A DNA stretch of 64,000 nucleotides from NCBI RefSeq assembly GCF_006345805.1, contig NC_043000.1, forward strand, positions 97,588,001 through 97,652,000, in the 5' to 3' direction. Under the pieces are notes generated by a model. It did no database searches. It saw only the letters and a program-made list of their open reading frames with translations, and was not told the origin of the DNA. The position numbers were made by a program, and so were the translations under genes. This document shows positions 1 through 14,072 of this stretch, piece by piece (within the stretch, counting starts at the first letter, position 1; each line of letters starts with the position of its first letter). This DNA is from Octopus sinensis. Taxonomy: Eukaryota.

Positions 1-800
1 TCAGGAGACTGGAGCCCTATTAAAAACTTTATTACTGTACTATTAAGTCAAAACTGAAATCGAGTACTTTTAAAAGCAAAATTTTATTTGCCGCTTTGCA
101 ACAAGAATGGGGACAAAAGGGAGCCAACATTAATAAAAGGGTTTCCTGCCTGTTTAATTAAGAGGAAACAAAAACAACAAGAGGATAATCGCACCAAAAA
201 CATGTTTATTAAATGCCATAAAAGATTCCATTATATTAGACCATTAAACACCCAACATTATGTACCATAAAAGACTTCCTCTCGTCAAAACTGAATGTTA
301 TTTCTTTTAATTCGAATGGTTTACATGTCTCATGTTTTATTCCTCTTCCTCCCTCTCTTTCTCGCTCTCTCTCTTTCTCTCTCAAATACACACACACATA
401 CATACATACATACATACATACATACATACATACATACATGCATGCATACATACATACATACACACATGCACACACACATACATACATACATACACTCACA
501 CACACACACATATATATATCCATTTATCTCCCTCTATATGCATATAGTAAGGACGCATGGCCTAGTGGCAAGGGTGTTGTACTCACGATCGTGAGGTCGT
601 GGTTTCAATTCCTAGACTGGGTGGTGTGTGCAAAACACTTCATCTTGACACCTGACGTGCACCTGTTCAAGTCACATCGATTTGATGGAGCGAGTGAGCT
701 AATGTCCAGAAAATACATTCGATCACTATAAAGAAATCATGCGTGCAAGTCATTCGACAACAACTGAGCACTCATGTATCGTCTTCGAAGGGAGAATCCA

Positions 801-845
<45 letters not shown>

Positions 846-1689
846 CACACACACTTCGTTTTTGTATTTTGTTTCAAAGATTCTTGATGTGAATTCGTAT
901 GTTAGAAATAGATAAACTGCGAGACAATGTAATTCCTGGAGGACGAAAAGGCGGTAAACTCCGCAAAATGTTGTACCAGTCCCATACAAAAACCGATCTA
1001 GCAGCGAGAAATGTAGGAATCGCGAGTTTTCATTTAACTACATTTAAGTTCCAGTGGTTTCTAATGAAATGTTGTTACTGTTGTTGTTTTCTCCTTTGAC
1101 AAAAAACTTTAAAAAATATATATTTCAAATGCGAGGAGCAAAAGTATCTTATCCAAATGAATCTATTGTCATAGATGAAGCTATAACAATGGGTCTCACT
1201 CAGTGACATCTGAAAGCACTTCATGTTATTTGTTGACAACCGATGACAGTTGGTGGTAAGCGAGGAGACTGTCCAGCTGCTTATATAGAAATAATGTTAA
1301 AAAAACAGAAATGGCTGTGTCAAAACTAATATATGTGGATTATCAGTGTCAGCAGTTGATTTTGGGATTTGGTTGAGGCGGTGGGGGGAGAGAGGTTTTT
1401 TATTTATTTATTTATTTTGCTTTAGCCCTTGGTCAACTCTGATCGAACAGAACTATGATCAAAATTATTCCAACAGTGATCATTCTACCTTTTAACATTA
1501 GCCAATGCATTCTGCTTTTTAAGACGGCAACGAAACTCTAGAGGCATCCTTTCGGGGTCGATAAATCAAGTACCAGTTACGCACTGGGGTCGATGTAATC
1601 GACTTAATACCTATGTCTGTCCTTGTTTGTCCCCTCTGTGTTTAGCCCCTTGTGGGTAATAAAGAAATAGGAAAACTATATAAAGGCAC

Positions 1690-1821
1690 TTTCTTCTTCT
1701 CCTTCTTTTTTCTTCTTCTTCTTTTCCTTTTTCTTTTCCTTCTTCTTCTTCTTCTTCTTCTGCTGCTGCTGCTTCCGCTTCTTCTTCTTCTTCTTCTTCT
1801 TCTTCTTCTTCTTCTTCTTCT

Positions 1822-1872
<51 letters not shown>

Positions 1873-1900
1873 GCTACTGCTGTTGTTGTTTTTGTTGTTT
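1690..1900. repeat. Compound (CTT)n/(CTG)n microsatellite
   Basis: Direct reading; it explains the poly-Leu ORF. Confidence 0.95.
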
Positions 1901-1921
1901 AATCCCGAGTCTTCCGCGGAA

Positions 1922-2687
1922 GGATAAATCCCGATCTTTTCAGTTTGGCTGCCAAATTTTCGAAAATTCTAAGTTTGCTGAAAATTTTAAAATTTAGTAC
2001 TTTACTGTAGTTTTCCAAGATTAATCTCGGGAGATATTCGACTATTTCAAGAAAAAATATTTTTAGAAAAGTTATAGAGGTTTAAAATTTGATCATTTTC
2101 ACCTAGTCAGAAAATAGGATTTGGAAGTTGCCATTGTGTGCGTGATGTGTTTTAATATGAAACTGTAAATAAATCAACTTCTGCTTTATGCACGAAATAA
2201 AACCTCTCATAACTTTTTGGAATTTTTAGAAAATGTTTGCGAATTTGTATTCTACACTCGGGAATTCATACGATTATGCAAAACCAAAAACAAAAATTGG
2301 AAGAGGTGGGTGAGTTAAGGCCTATTTGGCTGTTATTTTTAGCACATCTCTCGACCAGGGTACAAGCAGCAGGTGGGTACAAGCAGTAGAACACAGCGTA
2401 GAATATATTTGTCAATACGTGCTATCTCACAAACAAAACAGTTCTCATCTTTGGCTTGTTACTATGGAAACAGGCATAGATGTGTCTGGTTTACGATTGG
2501 CTAACATTGCCCGAAATTTTCAAATTTAAAAGCAAATAACTCTTTATTGATTTATTGCGAAAAAGAATTTCAAAGCAGTGATTAGCATATAAAACCTTAT
2601 CATTACACTGAATATAAAATCAGTTCGAGCAGGGATTAAAGAATTTGAAAATTGGTAGTCAAACTGAAAAGATCCGGGACTTAGATC
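1922..2687. mobile_element. Related ~760-bp TIR element
   Basis: TIRs TCCCGATCTTTTCAGTTTGGCTGCC (1929-1953) / GGTAGTCAAACTGAAAAGATCCGGGA (2654-2679); internal homology to 9581-10379. Confidence 0.75.
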
Positions 2688-2731
2688 CCATATCTCAGCA
2701 GTTCAGCAAACCGTGTCACGTGGATGAAAAC

Positions 2732-2767
<36 letters not shown>

Positions 2768-2804
2768 TATATATATTATAATATATATATATATATATAT
2801 ATAT

Positions 2805-3389
<585 letters not shown>

Positions 3390-3519
3390 AAACAAAAACA
3401 TAGAAACGAACTTTTTTTGAACAACGAAAAAAAGAGAAACGAGACATGCAACATAAAGAATATTTCCCGTCTTCAGTTGTCCCTGTTTCATCTACTCCGC
3501 GTTATATATATAAATATCA

Positions 3520-3816
3520 ACGTCACCGTGACAGACCAGGCTATCAGATGTTGCTATACATCGCTGGTCACAATACGCTTCGCATTGTTTTTAGCCTTCA
3601 AACGACGCCACCCCGCTGTTCTACGCGAGCAGGCCAACAGAAGAAAGAGTGAGAGAAAGTTGTGGCGAAAGAGTATAGCAGGGATCGCCACCATCCCTTA
3701 CTGGAGACTCGTGGAGTTTTAGGTGTTTTCGCTCAATAAACACTCACAACGCCTGATCTAGGAATCGAAACCGCGATCCTATGACCGCGAGTCCGCTGCC
3801 CTAACCACTGGACCAT
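3520..3816 (-). mobile_element. tRNA-derived SINE family C
   Basis: Head ATGGTCCAGTGGTTAGGGCAGCGGACTCGCGG...GGTTTCGATTCC (A and B boxes); a related head lies at ~550-640 (+). Confidence 0.8.
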
Positions 3817-4103
3817 ATATATATATATATATCGTGGAGGTTATTTGATCGACTTAAACGTTTCAAGATATAGATGGAGTCCAAAAGAAAAAAGAATAAA
3901 AGAAACACACACACACATACACACACACACATACATACATACATACATACATACATACATGCATACATACACACACACATACATACACACATACATACAC
4001 ACATACGTACATACATACATACACACATACATACACACATACGTACGTACATACATACATACATACATACGTACATACATACACACATACATACATACAT
4101 ACA

Positions 4104-4134
<31 letters not shown>

Positions 4135-4147
4135 GTGCGTGTGCGTG

Positions 4148-4181
<34 letters not shown>

Positions 4182-4380
4182 ACGTCCCAGCGACGCCAAC
4201 ACCAGCTGTCCCAGCTCCAACACCAACAATGTCGGCGGCAACAGTAACAACAATAACAACACCAACAGGTACAGCACCGACAACACACACCCACGGAGAT
4301 TGATTGGGTATTCCGGGAACTCTTTTAAGCAACGTCTGTCCAAGGGGATAACATGTAAAACTAAATGAATAAGATAACAT

Positions 4381-4650
4381 TGCAAAATATTATCCTATCA
4401 TATTCTATTGTCTGTACCAGAAGCTCAATTCCATGTTTATGCCATTTGACTAGGTTTGAGATAAAAAAAAATACCCGGCACTTGTTTTCAACCTCCGTCC
4501 GTGCAGGAGATGAGTCATGGCTCGGAAGAAATGGTAATTTGATGGTGCTAGGCTTGGACTGTAGGCAGGGTGAAGTAGCAATTACAAGCCCTGACGTTCC
4601 TCAAATTTACGTTTAGTTACATTAGCAATGTGAGCTGAAGTACTGTCATA
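4381..4650 (-). mobile_element. Mariner transposase relic (C-terminal catalytic region)
   Basis: Minus strand: YDSTSAHIANVTKRKFEERQGL*LLLHPAYSPSLAPSNYHFFRAMTHLLHGRR, matching the HDNA...YSPDLAPSDYHLF pattern. Confidence 0.85.
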
Positions 4651-4809
4651 GGTAGTCCTACGATGGTTTAAGTGGCTGAAACTTCGAAGTCACAATCAGC
4701 AGCATTCTTATATAAGAAGAAGAAATTTGTACTCTGCATAAGTATAAAGTAACCTATCACATTAATGTAAAATTCACTTTACTATAACTGAACATAAAAA
4801 CAAACATTA

Positions 4810-4887
<78 letters not shown>

Positions 4888-4943
4888 GGATGGACGGACG
4901 GACGGACGGACGGACGGACGGACGGACGGACGGACGGATGGAT

Positions 4944-4980
<37 letters not shown>
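4810..4980. repeat. Compound (TAGA)n(CAGA)n(CGGA)n(GA)n microsatellite
   Basis: Direct reading. Confidence 0.95.
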
Positions 4981-4982
<2 letters not shown>

Positions 4983-6722
4983 CATGTATGTATATATGTA
5001 TCTATGTATACAGACACATACACACACGCATACAAACATACAAACGTACAAACACGCACATACACACGTACAAACACACGCACCCACACACGCACACACA
5101 CATACACACATAGACACGTAGTTTTAATGGATCCTTCACTACTTAGTGGTGAACAAACGAACAAATGACGGCGATATTTCCATAATTCTTTATTACACAA
5201 ACGATTAACACGTAGCAATGAGTACAGAAATAAATACCTACCTATTTATTTCATGTTAGTCACTGGAGATAACTGATACGTCTATCTTGAAATATCTTTA
5301 TATTCTGTCATTAAAAACAAAAAGGAGAAAAGGGGCTGTGTTTAGCTCTCAGCTCTTAACGAGGCCTAATCACAGTTAAAAGAGTAAAGGGGTTTGAATT
5401 ACCAGATGTTATTGTTGCGAATGTAACACAAGTGAATCCAAAGACCCAGTTTTAGTCATACGACACTGCTTGTCATTGATAAATAAATATACGTTTCAAA
5501 TACAATTATAGTTACAGTTTTCAGCTTAATAGTACTGTCTATAAATTTGGAAATTTAAACATTTCATAAGTTTTTTTCCAACACAATCTGAACGAATGAA
5601 TTTGTATATAAATAATTCTATTCAATTTTGGCACAAGGCCAGTAATTTTAATGGAGGGGGGTTCAGTTGATTACATTGAATTCAGTACTTGACTGAAACT
5701 TTATTTTATTGACCCCGAAAGGATGAAAGGCAAAGTTGACCTCGGTAGAATTTCAACTCAGAACGTAATGAGCCGGAAGAATAAAATGCCATGAAGCATT
5801 TTATTCGACGTGTTAACAATTATTTGGCATGCCACCCTACGTACAAATGATTTCAAATTTTGACACAAGGCCAGCAAATTGATTACATCGATCCCAGTAC
5901 TTGATTGGTACTTTATTTTATTGATCCCGAAAAAATGAAGGGCAAAGTACCCCTCGGCGGAATTTGAACTCTTATCGTCAAACCGAATGAAATGTTACTA
6001 AGCATTCTTCCAACTCGCCGCCCTATTGATAATCCTTTCTCCTATAGGCACAAGGTCAGAAATTTATGGGAGAGCGTGCTAGTTAATTGCATAGAATGTA
6101 GTGCCAAACTGGTACTTATTTTAGGCAAAATCAATCTCAGCGGAATTTAACAAACTCTGAACGTAAAGAAAGATGAAATGCTGCTAATAAATAGTAGTTA
6201 AGAAAAAATGAAAGACATAAGTACTTGGGTCGATTAGTTTGAATAGAATTTTCAAGGCGCTACCCCAAAATGACCGCAGTCCAATGACTGAAACAAGTAA
6301 AAGATTTTAAAAATACATCTATATTTGTAACTATCTGAAATACAACACAACATGACAGTCAGTCAATGGCATTTATTTTAATGTTTGAAAAGTTGGAAAA
6401 ATGTTTTAGTCTTGCTGGTGTGATGAAGTTAAAGGGTTTTATGTTAGGTCAACAGTACTTTCTGTAAAATCACGAGACAGGCTAAAGGTCAGTCAACAGA
6501 ACAAAACAATAAGTCTCCAAAGCTAGTCGATACCTTCACTGCGACGTGATCGGATGGACGTTATCTGGAATTTATAAACTGATAGAGTGTTGAATAAAAT
6601 GAGTTTCAATATTTAATCCAGTTTCATGCGAGATTCGATTTGAGTTCAAATCCTACCGGAATCAACTTCACTTTTCATTCTTTCAGATGATAGTGCCCCC
6701 CACCAGTGCTGACACAATCTGG

Positions 6723-6809
<87 letters not shown>

Positions 6810-7906
6810 TTCTCCCTTTCTCTCTCCGTACATCTTCAATGTTCTACCGGGTCAAGAGTGAGAGAATCCAAAGGGTGTAATGTGTCTGCTCGTGGCTATC
6901 AAGGCGCCTAAAACATTCAGTGAAAGCCAGCTGCCTACTGATATCAAGTCCTCTCCCGATTGCGAGTACCAACCATAGTTTTATATACATACTCGTACAG
7001 CAACCATTTAATGTTTTTGACATTAATTTTGTTTTCACATTCTCAAATGTAGGCACACATACATATATTACATTCGTATATTATTCTATCTTATTATTCC
7101 AATAGTTTTATTGCTGTAGCATGTTTTCACTGCAGAACCGATTCCAGATTTATATACGCTGGTTATGTGCAGTGATTTATTTATTCTTTTATTTATCTTA
7201 TTCTGTTTTTATTATATTGAGAATACTATTAGCAATACATGCATAACGCCTATATGGCTACTTTTTCTACATTATGTATATTTGTAGCTCTTTGTCAATG
7301 TACAAAATCATTATTACAAAAACAATGACTTCTCGGTGGTAAGTAGGTAGAGGCGATGTATAAATATTCTTAAGATAAATATTAAATAGAGATAAGTAGT
7401 ATTTTCAGCTCCACCAGAAATAATCACTAAATATTATTACGGGGAATATTTCTGTTTTTAAGACCCATATTTTGAGCGAGCTTTATTTCTTCGTGGCTTT
7501 ATATGTTTAGATAGTCTTTCCATGTCTTTTATAGGCATATTGTTTTTGTTACCTGCTACGAAATGAAATGATATTTCAATAGAAACTTCTTTTCCTGATG
7601 TTCCTTATGTAACATTTCTCAGGGACATGACTTTCTCGTTCGCACGAACTCGACGACAGCAACTGCCGCTCCTTCTGCTCCAACTACTACTACATTGCCA
7701 CACACATGCACTTGCACGTACGCTTATGCATGCAGACACAAATGCTCTCACATAGACACATATATTCGTTTCAAGTTTCGGCACAAGACCAGCAAGTTGT
7801 GGGTGAGGGAGACTAGTCTATTAATCTTTCTTTTAATGACCCCGGTAGGATAAAAGCAAAGTCGACCTCGGCGGCTTTTAAACCCAAAACGTAAAGATGG
7901 ACGAAA

Positions 7907-8160
7907 TACCTATTTCTTTACTACCCACAAGGGGCTAAACACAAACAAAGACAAGCGGATTAAGTCGATTATATCAACCCCAGTGCGTAACTGGTACTTA
8001 TTTAATCGACCCCAGTGCATAACTGGTACTTATTTAATGGACCCCGAAAGGATGAAAGGCAAAGTCGACCTCGGCGGAATTTGAACTCAGAACGTAGCGG
8101 CAGACGAAATACCGCTATGCATTTCGTCCGACGTGCTAACGATTCTGCCAGCTCGCCGCC
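7907..8160 (-). mobile_element. tRNA-derived SINE family A (Nin/Deu-like central domain)
   Basis: Head GGCGGCGAGCTGGCAGAATCGTTAGC, B box GAGTTCAAATTCC, central GCCTTTCATCCTTTCGGGGT..ATAA..AAGTACC; ~33-bp internal duplication. Fragments also at 1548-1672, 5625-6190, 7780-7905, 9412-9570, 11075-11180, 14795-15047, 26385-26545 and 58440-58770. Confidence 0.9.
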
Positions 8161-8559
8161 TTACATAGACACATATATTAATGGGTTCTCTAGTATTCTA
8201 GTTTTATCGATCGACAGAACTGCTTACTTAACGAACTATATAGTGGAAGTGACCGAGTATTCGGTAGATATTTGTACAATGTTAATAAAAGTTTTCAGAC
8301 AGAAACAGAGTGACAGTATAAGGGGATAAATTCTTCATTTGTGCATCTTCAGGCCTACTGGTGAAGAGACTTCCCACGAGTTCATACACCATAAAATGAA
8401 TCATTGCAATTACTCTTGTTCTGAAATTATTGATCCATTTTTATGTTCTGGGGACTTCTAAGATTAAATCAGTACTGAAAGTTTTCACATAAGGCTGTGC
8501 AGGGTATTTTTTCTTTTCTTTTCCTTTCTTTTCCGCTGAGAGAAGGGGGGGGCTGCTAT

Positions 8560-8643
8560 TGACAGAAGGAGGATTCGAATCCTCGCCGGGAAGACTCGAC
8601 TGCGACCTAAACGTAGCGCCTTAGACCGCTCGCCTATCCTGAC
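8560..8643 (-). pseudogene. Degenerate tRNA-Leu copy (anticodon reads TAG)
   Basis: 84-nt colinear homologue of the 11478 gene with about 9 substitutions disrupting the D, anticodon, T and acceptor stems; no adjacent T-run terminator. Confidence 0.85.
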
Positions 8644-9258
8644 AGATATAAAGTTGGTACTTTTGTTATGCTTTCAAAGTATTTGTTATGCTTTATATTC
8701 TGAATATAACAATAATAAACCCTACAGCCCCTTTTGAGAGAGGCCATTACAGCAGTGGTACGAAAAAGGCAAGGAGAGGGGACACTCTATCTGTGAGTCA
8801 AAAGCTGAAACATGTATATGAGTGACTTCTTGCAACTATTTTAATAGTCTTTCTCTAGCTATGGTCTCGGACAGTCACGGGCAAACTGCGATCTGCGGGG
8901 TTTTCTGAATGGTACACCTAACGGAAAATTATCTTGAATTTTTTTAGTAGCGCAGCCCAACTAATGATAAGCCTGCTTCTCGAAGAAGGATGCCTATGTC
9001 TGGTCTTAAAGATGTACGAATGCCATCAGTACCATCCTAGATGTTGGAACAATACTCTATTGTAGGTTTGTAGTATGTCAGTAATTGTTGAAGGGATGAA
9101 GTATTATTCTGATCCTGAAGAGAAATACATGTCTTTTATGCCGCACTCCTAGTTAAGGATGCACTGCCATCATGAGAAATATATTTGATATTTTGCAGTA
9201 AGACATACTCGCAGTTAGTTTTCAAGGAGAAACCAGAAAAGAAAAACCGCCGTCGCAA

Positions 9259-9336
9259 GTCAGAATGGCTGGGTGTACTAAAGTGCTCAATCACAGTCGT
9301 ATGTTCTGGACGTGGTTTCGAAACTCACTTCTGACA
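9259..9336 (+). pseudogene. Highly decayed tRNA-Leu relic
   Basis: GTCAGAATGGCT...ACGTGGTTTCGAAACTCACTTCTGACA retains the Leu 5' and 3' ends and a downstream T-run (9346-9355); anticodon arm partly deleted. Confidence 0.7.
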
Positions 9337-9580
9337 ACAAAGGACTTTTTTTTTTCACACCAGGAAGGTCTTTCGGAAAGTCATAAATCATAACCAATTT
9401 CATTTCCTCCAGCTTTACGTTCTAAATTCAAATTCCATTGAGAGTCGACTTGGATTTTCATCTTTTTGGCGTCAAAAAATAAGTATCATTTGAGTACTGG
9501 GATCGATGTAATTGCCTAACCCACTCCCTCGCCCCAAATTCCGGGATTTGAGCCTATAGTAGAAAGAATTTGTGGATCTA

Positions 9581-10379
9581 GTTGGTTTGGCTGCCAGCAT
9601 CAATTCTGTTCGAACTGATTTCATATTCAGTGTAATGATACACTTTTATTGTCTAATGAATGACGTGAAAATCATTTTCGCTATAAATCAATAAATAAAG
9701 AGTTATTAGCAATAAAAGTTTGAAGATTTTGATAATTTTAGCCAATCGTAATCCACAAAACACATTCATGCCTGTTTCCGTAGTAACAAGCGGATCCTGA
9801 GAACTGTTTTGTCTGCGAGAAAGCACCTGTTGACAAATAAATTGAAACCACTTGTTTTACCTATCTGTTGACAATTGAGCATATGAATTTATGAACTGGT
9901 CAACAAAATGTTTTTTTTTTAATTATTTAGTTTGTAACGTGTTGTTCATCGCATTTGCATGAAATGCATTTTAGATGCTCAAAACTACTCGTTTACTCTT
10001 TCTTGTTATCGTTGTGGTGGTTTTGAAGTGTGGTAAAAATAACGGGTAAATAACGTTTTTTGGATAAATCTTTTTAAGCTCGTGCTATCGCATTAAATGC
10101 ATATTGAATGCTTCAAACTACAAACCACGTGTTGTTTACAAATATTGACAGCGCGTGCTACTTTCAGGATGTTGACGACAAAATGTGCAGTCACGCATAA
10201 AATGACAGCTTCCAAATCCTGTTTCCTGATAAGGTGAAAATGATCAAACTTTAAACCTGTATAACTTTTTAAAAACATTTTTCTGGGAAAAGTGAAATCA
10301 CTCCAGCAATTCAGCATTGTGCCAAATTTTAAAATTTTTGATAAACTTTAATTTTTGAAATGCTGTCAGCCAAACCAAC
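9581..10379. mobile_element. ~800-bp TIR non-autonomous DNA element flanked by TA
   Basis: TIRs GTTGGTTTGGCTGCCAGCA / TGCTGTCAGCCAAACCAAC; the interior is the reverse complement homologue of 1922-2687. Confidence 0.8.
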
Positions 10380-11477
10380 TAGATACGAATTTGTCATTAT
10401 ATATCAAAATGGGATCCCCTTATTTTACAGTTTCCTTAAATAATTTTCCTCCTTTCCTCTGTATTTGATAGTTTGCTACCAAAGCGACATCAGTTTCTTT
10501 GCCTACATTCGAAAGAAGTTCGTGGAAACTCACTCTCTTTTTATAACACTCTCCTGTTGATTGTAGGCAATCAACTCGAATCCCTATGATTTTAATTACC
10601 TCATATGAAAGTGAGAACACACTCATAAAATAAGTCTAGTGCAGTCTCGTTATGCACTCCCAATTTAATGCGAAGTCAAGAAAACACAATAATGAGTACG
10701 TGGAGGAGGAAGGGAATTATTTTTTAATGTTTTTTTTTTATTTTTCCGGAACATGAAAAGTTTTTTTTTTGTTTTTGCTTTTTGGTGACTTAATTTCTTA
10801 GATTTCTCTCCCTTTTTTTTCTCTCTCCCCAAATCAAAAACCGTGAGAGAAAGAAACTCATCAAAATAAGCAAGGTAGGAAATGCCTTGGATCATTGGGT
10901 TGTGTAATATGGTTATTGATAGTTATCGATGACCATTGAAGTTATTGATGGATGTTAATGGTTATTGACTGTTAATGATTTCTGTCTGTCTGTCTCTCTT
11001 TCTCTCTCTTTTATCTTTTGTTTTTGTTTGTTTTGTTCATAAAACGTGGTAACAAAAAATACTTTCTGACGTTTATGTCTCTTAACGTTCTGAGTTCAAA
11101 TAACGCCGGAGTCGATAAAATTAATTCCCACCCAGTAAAATACCGTGGAGAGTTTTTACCAGCAGTCGGTGTGCATAAATATGTCTCCTCCCTACTACTA
11201 CTACTACTACTACTACTAACACTACCACTACTACCACTACCACTACTACTACTACTAATAATAATAATAATAATAATAATACAGCCACCACCACCACTAC
11301 ATACATACATACATACATACATACATACATACATACATACATTCATTCATTCATTCATTCATTCATTCATACATAGAAAGCTATGGATGCATAAACATTG
11401 ACAACGTCACATTCAGCGTATCAGTGTTAGATATATTGTTAATAATAAGCAAATACAGAAATCAGCAACTTGTGGTA

Positions 11478-11561
11478 GTCAGGATGGCCGAGCGGTCTAA
11501 GGCGCTGCGTTCAGGTCGCAGTCGGGTCTTCCCGGCGTGGGTTCGAATCCCACTTCTGACA
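11478..11561 (+). tRNA. tRNA-Leu (anticodon CAG)
   Basis: GTCAGGATGGCCGAGCGGTCTAAGGCGCTGCGTTCAGGTCGCAGT...GGCGTGGGTTCGAATCCCACTTCTGACA: intact acceptor, D, anticodon (CTGCG/CGCAG) and T stems, long variable arm; poly-T pol III terminator ~10 nt downstream. Confidence 0.96.
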
Positions 11562-11889
11562 ATGCGTTATGTTTTTTTTTTTCATTTTCAACTGCCCGTC
11601 GTTTGAGTAAAAATGAAACCTACTATTCTAGATTTTATCCTTTTTTTTCTGAATCTCAAGATAGTCGAAATTTCTTAGTTTAGATTGTTGTTGATTGGTA
11701 ATTACTAACGCATTGAGTCATCAACAGATGATTAATACCTGTTTGATGTGTTAGTAACTTCATGTTCATGATAAATTTTTTTTCCGCACGACAGTTGTGC
11801 AGTTGATATTTCTGAAGACTTTATTATTAGATGTTTGAGATGGTCAGAGAAATAAATAGTCAAATCGAACTTTCTGGTAATATTAATAT

Positions 11890-12290
11890 CGAGTTTTGGC
11901 ACAAAGCCAGATTTTTCGGGGAGGAGATATGTGGTACTCATTTTATTGACTCCGAAAGGATAAAGGTGAAGTTGATCTCAGAACATAAAGACGGACGAAA
12001 TGCCGCAAAGCATTTTGCCCGATGTACTGACGATTCTGCCAGCTCACCGCCTTAATCACCTTGTATATTACTAGAAAGTTCAAGGCGGCGAGCTGGCAGA
12101 ATCGTCAGTACGTCGGCCAACATGCTTTGCGGCAAAATTCTTAGCTGTATTTCGTTCGTCCTTGTGTTCTGAGTTCAAATTCCACCGAGCTCGACTTTGA
12201 TTTCCATTCTTTGGGGTTCGGAAAAATGAGTGCCGGTTGAGGACTGGGATCGTTGTAATCGACTTCCGCCTTCCCTCGAAATTGAAACCA
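11890..12290. mobile_element. Head-to-head pair of family A SINEs
   Basis: Minus copy ends ~12053; plus copy starts ~12082. Confidence 0.85.
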
Positions 12291-12444
12291 GTATGCAGTG
12301 TAATTCAGAAGTCCCTTTATCAGTTACATGATATTTAAAACTTATTTTCAATGATTTTTTTTTTTTGTCTATAATTTTCATATCTTTGATATTTTCTCGT
12401 GAATGTTTTTTTTATACGCACACGCACACACACTACACATACAC

Positions 12445-12499
<55 letters not shown>

Positions 12500-13444
12500 T
12501 TATATAGTTTAGAAAAATGCTGTTAACAAAAGATGAGAGTGTTCATCATCCTAAAAATGACACAATATAACGGTGACCCTGTCCAATTGTCATGACATAT
12601 CTTGTTCAGCTACCCGAAGTGATCTGGGCACCTGGCAGTATGAATTATAACAGGGCAGGCTATTCTGAAATCCCTGAGCTATGTCAGTCAACGAGTGGGA
12701 CTGGCATCAGGGATGCGGCTAATAAATGAGAGAAAGCTTGTTATGTTTTTGTTTTGTTTTTGTTTTTTTGTTTTGTTTTTTTTGCGGAGAGACAGGGAGA
12801 GGGGTGATATAGGGATAGAGAGGTGGCTTACGAGACATATACTGAGAAATCCAATTGGCCTCAACTCAGCTGTTAGGCTGTTTATATTAATGCTGAAGAA
12901 ACTTATGTATTACTTTGTCCATAAAAATATTGCTGAGTCATCAGATATCATAAAAGACATTGACTGAAGGGAGACTATTTTTATTGGTATGTATATTAAA
13001 TAACTCAGTGTTATTTCGGTGACAGATTAATTTACCAACAAAAGAATCCTATATTACGAGCGCCATAATTTCAGGGTCTCCACATTTTCAGGAACCTTGA
13101 GCTAAGTGTATTATTACAATAGTGTTATACTACCTTCAGATATGATAAATAGTTGGCTTTTAAAGATTGATCGGATACTCGAACCAATTCCGATATCAAT
13201 TCACTTTAAAGTAGATAAATTACAATAATCAAATGGAATGGCAACATACTTTATTTTTGTTAGCGGTTAATTAGCAGACTCGAGTTGTTATATATCTCTT
13301 CTTCGAAACATTAACTTCGTTAATGTTAGAACGCAGAAACGAATTTCTGTTATATTAGGGTTTTCTATCAGGAGATAATATTTGGCGTGTGTATTTTAGT
13401 TACCAAGGTAACACGGTCGGATATGTCTGTATATATATATCCTT

Positions 13445-13790
13445 TAGCTTTTATCTTTTGTTTGTTTCAGTCATCTGACTGCGGCTATGATAGGGCACCG
13501 TCTTGAAGGGTTTTTAGTCGAACAAATCCAACCCAGTACTTTTTTCTATTGCCAAACGGCAAAGTTACGGGGACGTAAACGCACCAATACCAGTTGTTAA
13601 GCGATGGTGGGGACAAATACAGACACAATGATACGCATACATACACAAATACATATATACATGTCTATATACCACGGGCTTCTTTCAGTTTCCGTCTACC
13701 TATTCCACTCACAAGGCTTTGATCGGCCTCAGGCTGTAGCATAAGACACTTGCCCAAGGTGCTACGGAGTAAGACTGAACCAGGAACTAT
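13445..13790 (-). mobile_element. SINE family B, diverged
   Basis: Colinear with the family B consensus seen in this window. Confidence 0.8.
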
Positions 13791-13820
13791 ATATATATAT
13801 ATATATAATATATATACACA

Positions 13821-13900
<80 letters not shown>

Positions 13901-13958
13901 GATAATAATAATCATTATTTACATTCGACGGATATTTGTCCTCATCTTGTTTGTTGTT

Positions 13959-14004
13959 AACACAACGTTTCGACTTATATAGCCTCCAGCCTTCTTCAGG
14001 TATC
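13959..14004 (-). ncRNA. Minimal type I hammerhead ribozyme (Penelope pLTR-type), solo copy
   Basis: Minus strand: GATAC CTGAAGA A GGCT (12-nt loop) AGTC GAAA CGT T GTGTT. Stem I GAUAC/GUGUU, stem II GGCU/AGUC, palindromic ACGU stem III, GUU triplet. Sits in a repeat spanning ~13925-14055. Confidence 0.65.
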
Positions 14005-14072
14005 TTGGGCAAATTTCGAACCTGGATTCTCATTCCTAAGATATTTTTCGATGTTATTATTATCATTATTGA

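Noticed and set aside
4365-4616. Plus-strand 83-aa ORF or possible exon
   Set aside because: It is the antisense of the mariner transposase relic.
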